DNA of 64,000 bases, taken from contig NC_083434.1 in assembly GCF_020745735.1 (NCBI RefSeq), forward strand, positions 19,031,966-19,095,965, given 5' to 3'. Both the position numbers and the translations under genes were made by a program. Position 1 is the first letter of the stretch; each line of letters starts with the position of its first letter. Shown one piece after another: positions 51,301 to 62,052 of this stretch. The stretch comes from Hemiscyllium ocellatum (lineage: Eukaryota). The notes beneath the pieces are model-generated. The model was given only the letters and a program-made list of their open reading frames with translations, was not told the DNA's origin and did not search any database.

Positions 51301-51418
51301 TTGATGTTTACTGATGATGTCACCTAGCCAGGGGACGAAACGTTTGCAACAAAAACTTCCAGCTCGGCGAACAGAACCACAACAACGAGCACCCGAGCTA
51401 CAAATCTTCGCACAAACC
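51301..51418 (+). mobile_element. Solo PLE-B pLTR with hammerhead (51310-51347)
   Basis: CTGATGATGTCACCTAGCCAGGGGACGAAACGTTTGC followed by the same pLTR tail as 40480-40550; TSD TTAAACATAAATAA at 51287-51300 and 51419-51432. Confidence 0.82.
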
Positions 51419-51636
51419 TTAAACATAAATAACATTTGATTACATTTATGAAATGCTTTTGGTAATTCAATTGCACCATATGCATTGTATTTCTTTAGTT
51501 TGGATGTTCAATAACCTCTAAACAATTTTGATTCATCAAGTATGCATTTTACAAACCTGTCTTGACTCCTTACCAGCTGATATTAATATTCACAACCTTG
51601 ATCTATTTGTAGTGCTTTGCATTATCAGATTAAACA

Positions 51637-51862
51637 TAGGCAGGTCCCAACTTGCATAAGGATTCCGTTCTTGAGTCCATCCACAAGTCGTAATGTATGC
51701 AAGTCTGAACAATGTAAGATTCATGATAATAATAATAGTTGTATGTAAGTGCAAAGAAATGTTTGTGTCCGATCCTTAAAATTAGCACACCTCAGTACGG
51801 GATTGCTTTCGTAAGTATGATTGTTTCTAAGTTTGATGTTCGTAAATGGATGACCCCCCTAT
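51637..51862. mobile_element. Decayed Tigger-like MITE
   Basis: TAGGCAGGTCCCAACTTGCATAA ... TTCGTAAATGGATGACCCCCCTA; internal TTCGTAAGT-type repeats. Confidence 0.5.
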
Positions 51863-52278
51863 AAACCGAACACACCTGGCCATGTCTGGATCTTAGTCTT
51901 CCCATAATTCTATTATTGTTGTATCATTTAATTGTCATAGTTGTAGAAAACAAATTACATAGATATCCAATCAACACTAACATTGTTCTGATGGAAAATC
52001 AGAATAACTGTTTACTTTCACTATTTTATGTTTCTCTGTCGGGTGCACTGGTAGAGTGTTCCACTGTGTAAACATTTAGAAATTGGTGATGCATTGAAAG
52101 CTTCCTTTAGGTGCTGTTGGTCTCATTGTGCTATACCTTGAAAAGTTATGACCTTGTTAACAAACTGGAAGTAGTTTACAATTCAAACTCAAGTTCACGA
52201 TTACGGTTGAACCTCCTCACTGACCCTGCGAACGTGTATTTGTACTGAAGGATGTGAAATTTTTAGAGGGAGAAACTT

Positions 52279-52616
52279 CACGTGCCTTTGTTGATAATAC
52301 CACACGGTTTGCTATAGTTAAGCTTCTACCTTATGCACGTTGGTAAGGTGAGGGCGGGGAGCAGGGGATTGGTGAAGGGCGGGGCTTGATCGCGGTGAAG
52401 GGCGGGGCTGGATCGCGGTGAAGGGCGGGGCTGGATCGTGGTGAAGGGAGAGAGCAGTGAGGGGGAAGGGGAGAGGGAGGTACAGTGAGCAAGATCGCCG
52501 GAAGAGAGCGCGTCCCCGTCTCCATGGAGACGCAGCGTTTGAATTCTACACCGAGGAGCTCGAGACCAACTGCCACCGAGAGAGAGTGAGGGAAGCTATA
52601 GGGTCAACGCAACGGT
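52279..52616 (+). promoter_or_regulatory. Putative promoter/first exon of a downstream gene
   Basis: Local CpG enrichment; CACGTG 52279-84; four GGGCGGGG boxes; reverse CCAAT ~52367; CCGGAAG ~52498; perfect palindrome CGTCTCCATGGAGACG 52517-52532 (RFX X-box type); candidate donors at 52586 (GTGAGG) and 52615 (GTAAGG). Confidence 0.65.
52371..52448 (+). repeat. 23-bp tandem repeat (~3.4 copies) carrying Sp1 GC boxes
   Basis: GGTGAAGGGCGGGGCTGGATCGC-type unit at 52371, 52394, 52417 and partial at 52440. Confidence 0.9.
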
Positions 52617-53560
52617 AAGGAATATATACTGTGGCGATCCAATTCAGTTCACAACTATAAAGAATATAGATTACTGTAAAAACCGTGGCGACAAACACGG
52701 TGCCCAACGGTAAGGCATATAAAGGATAGGGATCAAGTACAGCGGTAAGGAATATGTACCATAATGATATTGGGGAATATACTGTATACTATAGTGACCA
52801 AGACAGTTAACAAGGGGAAGGAATATATACCACGGCGATCAACACGGTTCTGCATGGAAAGGAATGTACACCATAGTTATCAAATACAGTGGTAAGGAAT
52901 ATACAGTATACCATACCGATCAAATACAGTGTACAACGGTAAGGAATATGTATCAAAACAATCAGTTTACAACGGTAACGAATATATACGATAGCAGTCA
53001 ATACAATTCACAACCATAATAAATATATTCCTTAGCGATCAATACAGTTCACAACAAAAAGGAATTTATACCTAGGCAACAAACACAATGTCCAACAGTC
53101 AGGAATATATAACATTGCAATCTAATACAGCACATAATTGGAAGGAATATTTAATGTAGGAATTAATACAGTTCACAGTGGTCAAATACAGTGTTCAATG
53201 GTAAGGACTATATATCACAACGATCAGCACAATTCACAACGGCAAGTGATATACACTAGAGCGATCAATACAGTTCACAAAAGTAAGGAATATCTACCAC
53301 AGTGATCAATACAGTTCATAACAGTAAGGAATATATATTGTGGTGACCAATATGATAAGGAATATAAACCATGGTGATCCAGTACAGTTCATAGCAGTAA
53401 AGAATGCATACCAGTACAATCAAATACAGTGCACAACAGTAAGGAATATATACCACAGCGATCAATACAATTCCCAACAGTAAGCCTAATGGTAAGAAAT
53501 ATATAGATTATTGAAATGAAGTTTAAATCGCAACAGTAAGGAATATTTCACAATCAATAC
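52600..53560 (+). repeat. Degenerate ~41-bp minisatellite (~20+ units), decaying into an A-rich tract to ~54460
   Basis: Approximate consensus GATCAATACAGTTCACAACGGTAAGGAATATATACCATAGC; GTAAGG-type motif recurs at ~41-bp spacing (e.g. ~53200, 53241, 53282, 53323). Confidence 0.85.
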
Positions 53561-55004
53561 ACTACAATAATATGGATGATAGTATGAAGTACACTTGCAG
53601 ATAATAATGAATATATACTCATAGGGATAAATGCATTCATACAATAAGGAATTCACACCATACTGATGAACATACTTACAGACAGGATGGAATATATATC
53701 ATAGCAATTGATATACTAACTGACAGTTGGAGACCTCACAGTAAGAAATCAATACAAGAGGTAGATTAACCGATATAATGGTAAGAAATAAGTAGAATAA
53801 CAATAATTAAATTATAATTTTTTACTAAGCCCATACAACAGAAATGAATGAACTTATATAATGGTCAAAAATATATACTTGAAGAAAACAACATGCAATT
53901 GTAATAATTCTACAATAACAATAAATAAACAACTAAAGGTAAGGAACCTATACAAAAAAAGCTTATGCAATGGTGCAATATCTCTTCAATGGAAACAAAT
54001 ACATGTATAATGATGAAAATCTATACATTAGATATGACTGAGTGTCTGCAGTACTGAACAATATGTATAATAACTAAATTAAAGTCACTGTATACAATAA
54101 TAACATATACAAATTAAAAGGTATAGAACAATGATAAAACAAACATGCAATGCTGCAAAATCTGTACAAATAGATGAGCGTCTATGAGAAATTTCTGCAA
54201 AAACATTTAGTGAAAACAAATTGATGAGAAATGTAATTGAGAAGGCTATGCATTCACATAGGTATAATTCACCAATAAACATTTGCAATAGGCAATGATA
54301 TGAAATTATATAAAATTATAAATACACCTATAAACAAATATAAAGATGGAAATGAACAAAAGCTAACAACGAAAATGGTTTGAAATTAATGCAAAATTCT
54401 CATTTTAAAGTACATTTATACAGTAATAAATAACAAACATATATAGCACACACCAATCAATAATCAAGTGATGAGTTAATTGGTTCATGATTTCAAAAAG
54501 TGTACTTTTTGGAAGAAAGGATTAACTGCGAAAAAAACAGGAAAAAGTGACAGAGCTAATATAATAATGTAAGTAACCAAAGTAGGATAAGGGAAATAAA
54601 GTTAGCTAAGGGCTGTAAGTTTATAATGTTCTTATAGAGAATTTTTTTTCAAGAAGTGAGTAACCTAAAGGGTTCAAGGGAAGTTATGGTAGTAGAATTC
54701 ACAGCTGTGATATGCTCTTTCTTCACGATGTGGCAAATCACGGAAGCTTCAGTTGTCCATGATGACTATGCGTGCATGAATTTTGTCCAACAAAAGATAC
54801 TGGCTAACCACATCTTGGATAACCACATTGTAGAGTATCCATGATGCTGGACATATTGTGGATAGCATTTTCAGTGAGTTGGCTCACATCACAGGTAAAG
54901 ACTGAACAGGAAGAAGGGACATGGGTGAACCCCAAGCAGAGTCGAGAACGGAGGTCATGCACGGGCCCTCTGTGGTCATCGTCTTTTGACTAGATATACC
55001 GTTT

Positions 55005-55640
55005 TGCGGAATTTTGGAGGTGATGGTGGTGGTTCCCACCCTCCTATATGGCTCTGAGACAATGACTGTCTAAAGCAAGGTGCTGAAGCAGTACCAACAG
55101 CGCTGCCTGCAAAAGACCCTGCAAATCTGGGAAGAGAGATGCACCAACACCAGCATCCATGACCAGGCCACCATCCCCAGCATCGAGGCACTGGCTATCC
55201 TTGAGCGGCTACAATGGGCTGGACACAGTGTCCACGTGATTGACACTAGACTCCACAAGCAGGTGCTCTACTTCCTGCTCTGGAACAGCAGGCAAACCCC
55301 AGATAGACAAAGGAAGTGCTTCAGTGATACCCTTAAGGCCTCACAGGTGAAATGTGTATTCCATACACATCTAGAAATCACTGGTTCAAGACATTTCAAA
55401 GTGGAGGAGGGGCATTCGGTAACGTGCTGAGTCCCTCAAGACTTGCTGTTGGGAAAAGGCGGAAGCCAGGCAAAAATAGTGTCGGGGGGTGGGGGGAGGA
55501 GGGTGCTGCCACACCAATGCCCCATCCACCTCTTCCTGTGAATGCCTTCTGCTCTAAGTGTATCAGAGTTGCATCGATGTGTGTAGCCACCTACAGACTC
55601 ACCCTGAGAGTGGAAGAGAGACATCCTCACCTGTGAGGAA
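55005..55640 (+). mobile_element. RTE-clade LINE 3' fragment
   Basis: LKQYQQRCLQKTLQI..TNTSI..QATIPSIEAL..RLQWAGH..DTRLHKQVLY..QRKCFSDTLKA, typical RTE/BovB C-terminus. Confidence 0.75.
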
Positions 55641-55729
55641 CCACCAATGATGATGGAGAAGATAACTATGCAGAACAAAGCTTGGGAGCCAATTTCATGA
55701 TGCCATGTGGGGTCTACAGCACAAGAGAG

Positions 55730-58059
55730 GAGGAAGAAAAACTGCAGGGCTGTTATGGTAGAGGATTCAGTTGGAAGGAAGATAGATAGGCTTTTCTTTG
55801 GCTGAAAAGAGAGTCCAGGATGATATATTGCCTCCCTACTGTCAGCAATCAGAGATGTCACTAAACAGCTGTAGGACGTTCTGAAGGGGGAGGGAAAACA
55901 AGTTGGTACCAATGACATAGGTAGAAAAAGGAATGAAGTCCTGACAATAGAATTTAGGGTCTAGAAAGTAGATTTTTAAAAATGCCCTAAAAGATAACAA
56001 TCTCTGGATTACTTCCAATGCCATGAGATGGTAAATATAGAAATTGGAGGTTAGAACAAATTAATGTGTAACTAGAGAGATGGTGCAAGAGGGAAGGCTT
56101 TAGATTTATGGGACATGGGACCATTTTTGGGGAGAGTGGGAACAATACAAGGAAAATACAAGGTGAATGGATTGCATCTAAATTGGAATGGAACTAACAT
56201 CCTGGCAGGAAGTTTTGCTAGTACTATCAGGAATGGTTTAAATTAACTTGGCAGGGGGTGGGATCCTGAGAGAAAGTCCAGATACATGGTCAAAACTAGA
56301 AGAGGTGGTCAGTGAGTCAAGAAGGCATAGTAATTAAATGTCAGTTAAGGTACAAGGAGTTTGGCGAGATTGGATGGTATTTACTTTAATGCAAGGAGTC
56401 TGATAAACAAGGTCATTGAGTTGAGGGCACAAGGAGATATGATGACATTGCTGTCATTGAAACATGGTTAAGAGAGATGCAGGATGGGCAGATCAATATA
56501 CCAGGATATTCTTCAGGCAAGATGAGAAAGTAAGTAAAAGAGGAGTGGTGTTGCAGATTACCCAAGGAATCAATTACAACAGAAAGGAGGAATGACACCT
56601 TAGAAGATTCCTCAAATGAAGCCATATAGGTAAAACTTATAAACCAAAAAAAAAGCAATTATATTGCTGACAGTATTCAGCAGGCCCCCTAATATTCATA
56701 GAGAAATAGAAGAGCAGGTATGTAGACAAATTTCATAGTAGTGTAGAAGTAATAGGGTAGTGAGAGTTGGAGATCTCAACATTAACTGGGATAGTTAGAG
56801 TATGAGAGGTTTAGAGGGAGTGAAATTCTTAAAACACATCCAGGACAGTGTTTTTAAGGCAGTGCATAGAAGGCCCAACAAAAGAAGGGTGGTCCTGGAC
56901 TTGATTTTAGATAATGAAGCCAGGCAAGTGTTGAAAATTCAATGAGGTTGCACTTTACATACAGTATTCATAACGCTGTTAGATTCAAGATAGTTATGCA
57001 AAATGACAAGGATAGGCATGAAATTGAAGTTGAGAGTGTGTTGCTGGAAAAGCACAGCAGGTCAGGCAGCACCCGAGGAACAGGAGAATTGACGTTTTGG
57101 GCTGGAGCACTTCAACAAAAATCTTCCAACATCTAGATGACTATGGAATGTGCATGGGTGTCTCTTAACAAAGGAATTAGGACAGCAAAAAGGGGTCATG
57201 ATAGGATAAATGCAGGTAAACCCTTAACTATTTTACAATTACATTATGGGTAAAAAGAATAACTTGCAAAAGAGTTGGACTCATTAAGGACCATAGTGGT
57301 AACTTGTCCATGGTGTCAGAGGTTGTAGGTGGTTTTCTAAATGAATACTTTGTGTTGGTGTGCACTAGTGAGAGGAATAATATGGATGTAGAAATCAAGG
57401 AGAAGGACTGTGATGTATTCAAAGAAATTAGCATAGGCAGAGCGGAGGATCTAAGTGGTCTGGCAGGCTTAAAAGTAGATAAATCTCCAGGCCAGATGGA
57501 ATTTATACCATGCTATTGAGACAAGGGAAGAAATAATATGGGTGTTGTCAATAATTTTCAATTAATCTCTGGCCAAAGGAGAACTCTCAGAGGACTGGAG
57601 GACAGCCAATTTGGTACTGTTATTCAAGTAGGGAGGAAGAGATAAATAGGGAAGCTACAGGCCAAACTACAGTCTAATCTCAATGATGAGGAAAAGTTTA
57701 GAAGCAATTCTGCCTGACAGAATTAACCTGCAACTGGAGAAGCAGAGATTAAAATCAGAAAGGTTATGTTCAGGTGAGGTCATGTTTGAACAACTTGATT
57801 GAACTTATTGAAGAGGTGACTAGGTACATATATAAGTGCAATGCATTTGACATAGTCTAATTTGATTTCAGCAAAGCTTTTGATAAGGTCCCACATGGGA
57901 CACTGATAGTGAAGCAAAGAGCCAATGTGATTGAATGAAATTTGTTTAATTGGTTTCAGAATTGACTGAGTGGCTAGAAGTAAAGGTGATTGTCGAGAGG
58001 CATTTTTTGTGACTGTAAGCCTGTGTTCAATAGGGTTTTGCAGGGACAGGTGTTGGAGC
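55730..58059 (+). mobile_element. Long decayed CR1 (ORF1 esterase relic, endonuclease, RT); resumes at 60818-61060
   Basis: GTNDIGRK-like ORF1 motif (~55905), NARS (~56388), DKSPG, DFSKAFDKVPH (~57865), and QG.VLG|PLLFVV split by an insertion. Confidence 0.75.
57028..57112 (-). mobile_element. Decayed PLE-A-type pLTR fragment inside CR1
   Basis: GTTGAGAGTGTGTTGCTGGAAAAGCACAGCAGGTCAGGCAGCA... matches the other A-type copies. Confidence 0.65.
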
Positions 58060-58273
58060 TGTCAAAGTTTTCTACTGACCCAAAACAAGACTCAGACAAA
58101 TGACCTCTTTGTACAAAATCAATGTTTTATTAGAAAACATGCATGAGGAGAGAACCTAAATACATAGATAGCATCTCCAACAATTTATTTGAAATACAGT
58201 CTGTTTATAACATAGCTGAAAATGTGTTGCTGGTCAAAGCACAGCAGGCCAGGCAGCATCTCAGGAATAGAAA

Positions 58274-58309
58274 ATTCGACGTTTCGAGCATAAGCCCGTC
58301 ATCAGGAAT
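58274..58309 (-). ncRNA. Minimal type-I hammerhead ribozyme motif (PLE-A pLTR)
   Basis: AUUC-CUGAUGA-C-GGGC uuau GCUC-GAAA-C-GUC-GAAU. Confidence 0.8.
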
Positions 58310-58441
58310 GAGAGAGAGTAGCCAAGCAGGCTAAGATAAAAGGTAGGGAGGAGGGACTTGGGGGAGGGGCGATGGAGGTGGGATAGGTGGAAGGAGGTCA
58401 AGGTGAGGGTGATAGGCCGGAGTGGGGTGGGGGCGGAGAGG

Positions 58442-59750
58442 TCAGGAAGAAGATTGCAGGTTAGGAGGGCGGTGCTGAGTTGAGGGAACCGACTGAGACA
58501 AGGTGGGGGGAGGGGAAATGAGGAAACTGGAGAAATCTGAATTCATACCTTGTGGTTGGAGGGTTCCCAGGCGGAAGATGAGGCGCTCCTCCTCCAGCCG
58601 TCGTGTTGTTATGTTCTGCCGGTGGAGGAGTCCAAGGACCTGCATGTCCTCGGTGGAGTGGGAGGGAGAGTTAAAGTGTTGAGCCACGGGGTGGTTGGGT
58701 TGGTTGGTCCGGGCGTCTCTGAGGTGTTCTCTGAAGCGTTCCGCAAGTAAGCGGCCTGTCTCACCAATATAGAGGAGGCCACATTGGGTGCAGCGGATGC
58801 AATAGATGATGTGTGTGGAGGTACAGGTGAACTTGTGGCGGATATGGAAGGATCCCTTGGGGCCTTGGAGGGAAGTGAGTGTGGAGGTGTGGGCGCAAGT
58901 TTTACATTTCCTGCGGTTGCAGGGGAAGGTGCCGGGGGTGGAGGTTGGGTTGGTGGGGGGTGTGGATCTGACGAGGGAGTCACGAAGGGAGTGGTCCTTG
59001 CGGAACGCTGATAGGGGAGGGGAGGGAAATATATCCCTGGTGGTGGGATCCGTTTGGAGGTGGCGGAAATGACGGCGGATGATACGCTGTATACGGAGGT
59101 TGGTGGGGTGGTAGGTGAGAACCAGTGGGGTTCTGTCTTGGTGGCGGTTGGAGGGTCGGGGCTCAAGGGCGGAGGAGCGGGAAGTGGAGGAGATGCGGTG
59201 GAGGGCATCGTCGATCACGTTTGGGGGGAATCTGCGGTCCTTGAAGAAGGAGGCCATCTGGGCTGTGCGGTGTTGGAACTGGTCCTCCTGGGAGCAGATG
59301 CGGCGGAGACGAAGGAATTGGGAATATGGGATGGTGTTTTTGCAGGGGGCAGGGTGGGAGGAGGTGTAGTCCAAGTAGCTGTGGGAGTCAGTCGGTTTAT
59401 AATAGATGTCTGTGTTGAGTCGGTCACCCGAGATAGAGATGGAAAGGTCTAGGAAGGGGAGGGAGGAGTCTGAGACGGTCCAGGTGGATTTGAGGTCGGG
59501 ATGGAAGGTGTTAGTAAAGTTGATGAACTGTTCAACCTCCTCGTGGGAGCACGAGGCAGCGCCGATACAGTCATCGATGTAGCGGAGGAAAAGGTGGGGG
59601 GTGGTGCCAGTGTAGTTGCGGAAGATGGACTGTTCCACATATCCTACGAAGAGGCAGGCATAGCTGGGGCCCATGCGGGTGCCCATGGCAACTCCTTCAG
59701 TTTGGAGGAAGTGGGAGGATTGAAAAGAGAAGTTATTCAGGGTGAGGACC
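58442..59750 (-). CDS. PLE family A ORF fragment: RT C-terminal half, Zn linker, GIY-YIG endonuclease
   Basis: GVAMGTRMGPSYA (RT motif B), RYIDD (motif C), LPFLD, CNRRKCKTC linker, IIYCIRC..CGLLYIGETGR..RFREH. N-terminus lost at the inversion junction. Confidence 0.88.
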
Positions 59751-60189
59751 AGTTGCGGAACGCTTCAGAGAACACCTCAGAGACGCCCGGACCAACCAAC
59801 CCAACCACCCCGTGACTCAACACTTTAACTCTCCCTCCCACTCCACCGAGGACATGCAGGTCCTTGGACTCCTCCACCGGCAGAACATAACAACACGACG
59901 GCTGGAGGAGGAGCGCCTCATCTTCCGCCTGGGAACCCTCCAACCACAAGGTATGAATTCAGATTTCTCCAGTTTCCTCATTTCCCCTCCCCCCACCTTG
60001 TCTCAGTCGGTTCCCTCAACTCAGCACCGCCCTCCTAACCTGCAATCTTCTTCCTGACCTCTCCGCCCCCACCCCACTCCGGCCTATCACCCTCACCTTG
60101 ACCTCCTTCCACCTATCCCACCTCCATCGCCTCTCCCCCAAGTCCCTCCTCCCTACCTTTTATCTTAGCCTGCTTGGCTACTCTCTCTC

Positions 60190-60225
60190 ATTCCTGATGA
60201 AGGGCTTATGCTCGAAACGTCGAAT
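60190..60225 (+). ncRNA. Minimal type-I hammerhead ribozyme motif (PLE-A pLTR)
   Basis: AUUC-CUGAUGA-A-GGGC uuau GCUC-GAAA-C-GUC-GAAU. Confidence 0.82.
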
Positions 60226-60710
60226 TCTCTATTCCTGAGATGCTGCCTGGCCTGCTGTGCTTTGACCAGCAACACATTTTCAGCTGTGATCTCCAGCATC
60301 TGCAGACCTCATTTTTTACTGTTTATAACATAGTCATGGAAAGTCTTTACGTGACCTATTCGTTTTAGTAGCAAGCACAGTTATGATAACGAGCCAGACT
60401 GATAGGATTGAATGAAACTACAGTTTTACAGCTGGTACAGATCACAGTTAGTTCAGGTCACAGAAGCTGTCTGTTCTTTCCCAGGGATTCTGGCCAATAG
60501 GTCTATATTCGCTAAGATTCATGGATTATGACCAAAATATTGTCTGCTTTGTAATGGTTACTGTTTTATGCTTTTAAGTAAAACATCTTTGTTGTTAGTA
60601 TTAATAAATTTTAATCCTTAAGCCACTTTATCCTTTATGTTACTAAATTTTAATCATTAACCTATTCTATCCTTCATGCTGGCTTACGAAACAATTTATT
60701 CTTCTACAAA

Positions 60711-60804
60711 GCTGAAAATGTGTTGCTGGAAAAGCGCAGCAGGTCAGGCAGCATCCAAGGAACAGGAAATTCGACGTTTCGGGCATAAGCCCTTCTTCAG
60801 GAAT
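60711..60804 (-). mobile_element. Solo PLE-A pLTR with intact hammerhead (60769-60804)
   Basis: Reverse complement reads AUUC-CUGAAGA-A-GGGC uuau GCCC-GAAA-C-GUC-GAAU; ~15-bp TSD TTATT(C/T)TTCTACAAA at 60696-60710 and 60805-60819. Confidence 0.83.
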
Positions 60805-61069
60805 TTATTTTTCTACAAAGCCTTGCTATTTGTGGTGTAGAAATATAATAATTGAATATTGGAGGGTTGATCAGTAAATTGTCAGATTTTATGAAAGTTG
60901 TTGGGGTGCTAAAAACTGAGAGCGATAACCTCAGATTACATGAAGATATAGACAGGTCAGATGGGCTATTCAGTGACAAAGGGAAGTCAATCTGGATAAG
61001 TGCGGGATGATGCATTTGGGCAGGACAGGTAAGGCAAGGAAATACGTGATAAACAGTAACAAGACCAAG

Positions 61070-62052
61070 AAGATGCTACAACAATGGATGAATGGACACT
61101 ACTCAACAGTTGCCAGATAGAGGTGTTCACTTCAGTGGTCAAGGACATTTGGCCTCGGATCTTTAGGTGACCATCTTCCAAGGCGGACTTCAGGATATGC
61201 AACAATGCAGAGTCACTGAGCAGAGGCTGCCAGCCAAGTTCAGTACCCATGAGGATGGCCTCAACTAGGATCTTGGGTTCAGGTGACCCCACTACAGTAT
61301 ACACTCTCACACACAAATTCACACACAAGGATACATACACACACACCCTTACACACGATCACACTCACACAGACCCTCTCTCATGCACACAGTCTGTCAG
61401 GCATACACATACATACACACTCTCTCACAGGCATATACTTTGTCACACCCATGCACACACTCCATCAAGCATGTACACACACATGCACGTGCGCACACAC
61501 ACACACACTCTCAGTCTCTCTCTCACACACACAGACACTCTCATGCACGCACGCACGTATAAGTCTATGGAGTGAATCTGTATTTGCAGATTCATTCTAT
61601 TTTGTTCAAAAAGCACACTATCTGTCAGTAGTCAGTTCATGTGATATTTTAGAAAAAATCCTACTTTGGAAATAAAACCAGTCTGACTCAAGTTTGGCAT
61701 GCAGATAGATTCTAACCTCACACCTTTAATGCATTGTCTGAACTGAGATGTCACCTTTTTGTTTATAAAAACTTAAGTTATCTTTGAACTGTGATTTGAA
61801 AGAAGTTCTGGGATTTACATATTAATTAATCAAAACCTGCAATCATAATCACATTCAAAGTGATTAAAGACTTAACAGCAGTCTAGATTTGTTCAATACA
61901 TCGCATCAGTAGCATGGCACTTTGATCTTTTACTATAAATTCTGTGATCCTACCCCACTAGCTAACTGACGAAGGAGCAGCACTCAGAAAGCTTGTACTT
62001 CCAAATAAACCTGTTGGCTATAACCTGGTGTCGTCTGGTTTTTAACTTTGTA
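61070..62052 (+). mobile_element. Degenerate PLE family D 3' end: GIY-YIG relic, CA-rich tract, pLTR with hammerhead (~61964-62000)
   Basis: Terminal sequence CTGACGAAGGAGCAGCACTCAGAAAGCTTGTACTTCCAAATAAACCTGTTGG matches the 21.9-kb element. The upstream part resembles a decayed PLE endonuclease C-terminus. Confidence 0.6.
61290..61560 (+). repeat. Imperfect (CA)n/(CT)n-rich microsatellite
   Basis: Runs of acacac and ctctc; source of the His/Thr-rich spurious ORFs. Confidence 0.85.

Larger units (their letters stand above)
58216..60318 (-). mobile_element. Young Penelope-like element, family A (Neptune-like), 5'-truncated, with a 533-bp inverted copy of its 3' end
   Basis: Uninterrupted RT/GIY-YIG frame; arms 58214-58746 and 59753-60285 are near-identical inverted repeats; 15-bp TSD CTGTTTATAACATAG at 58201-58215 and 60319-60333. 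Confidence 0.93.
58060..60817. mobile_element. Probable ~530-bp solo LTR splitting the CR1, itself hit by two PLE-A insertions
   Basis: TG...CA ends, near-TSD GAGC/AAGC, minus-strand AATAAA near 58127. The CR1 RT motif is contiguous once the insert is removed. Confidence 0.5.

Noticed and set aside
52600-53560. Regularly spaced repeats superficially like a CRISPR array
   Set aside because: Eukaryotic context, no cas genes, and the inter-motif sequence is itself repeated rather than unique spacers.
54875-54894. Possible 20-nt micro-exon (tttcag...cag|gtaaag)
   Set aside because: Weak polypyrimidine tract and no supporting frame; cannot be supported without transcripts.
58550-59949. Many overlapping alternative-frame ORFs in the PLE
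   Set aside because: By-products of GC skew and the inverted duplication; only the 58442 minus frame has RT/GIY-YIG motifs.
61249-61675. His/Thr-rich ORFs
   Set aside because: Translation of the CA microsatellite.
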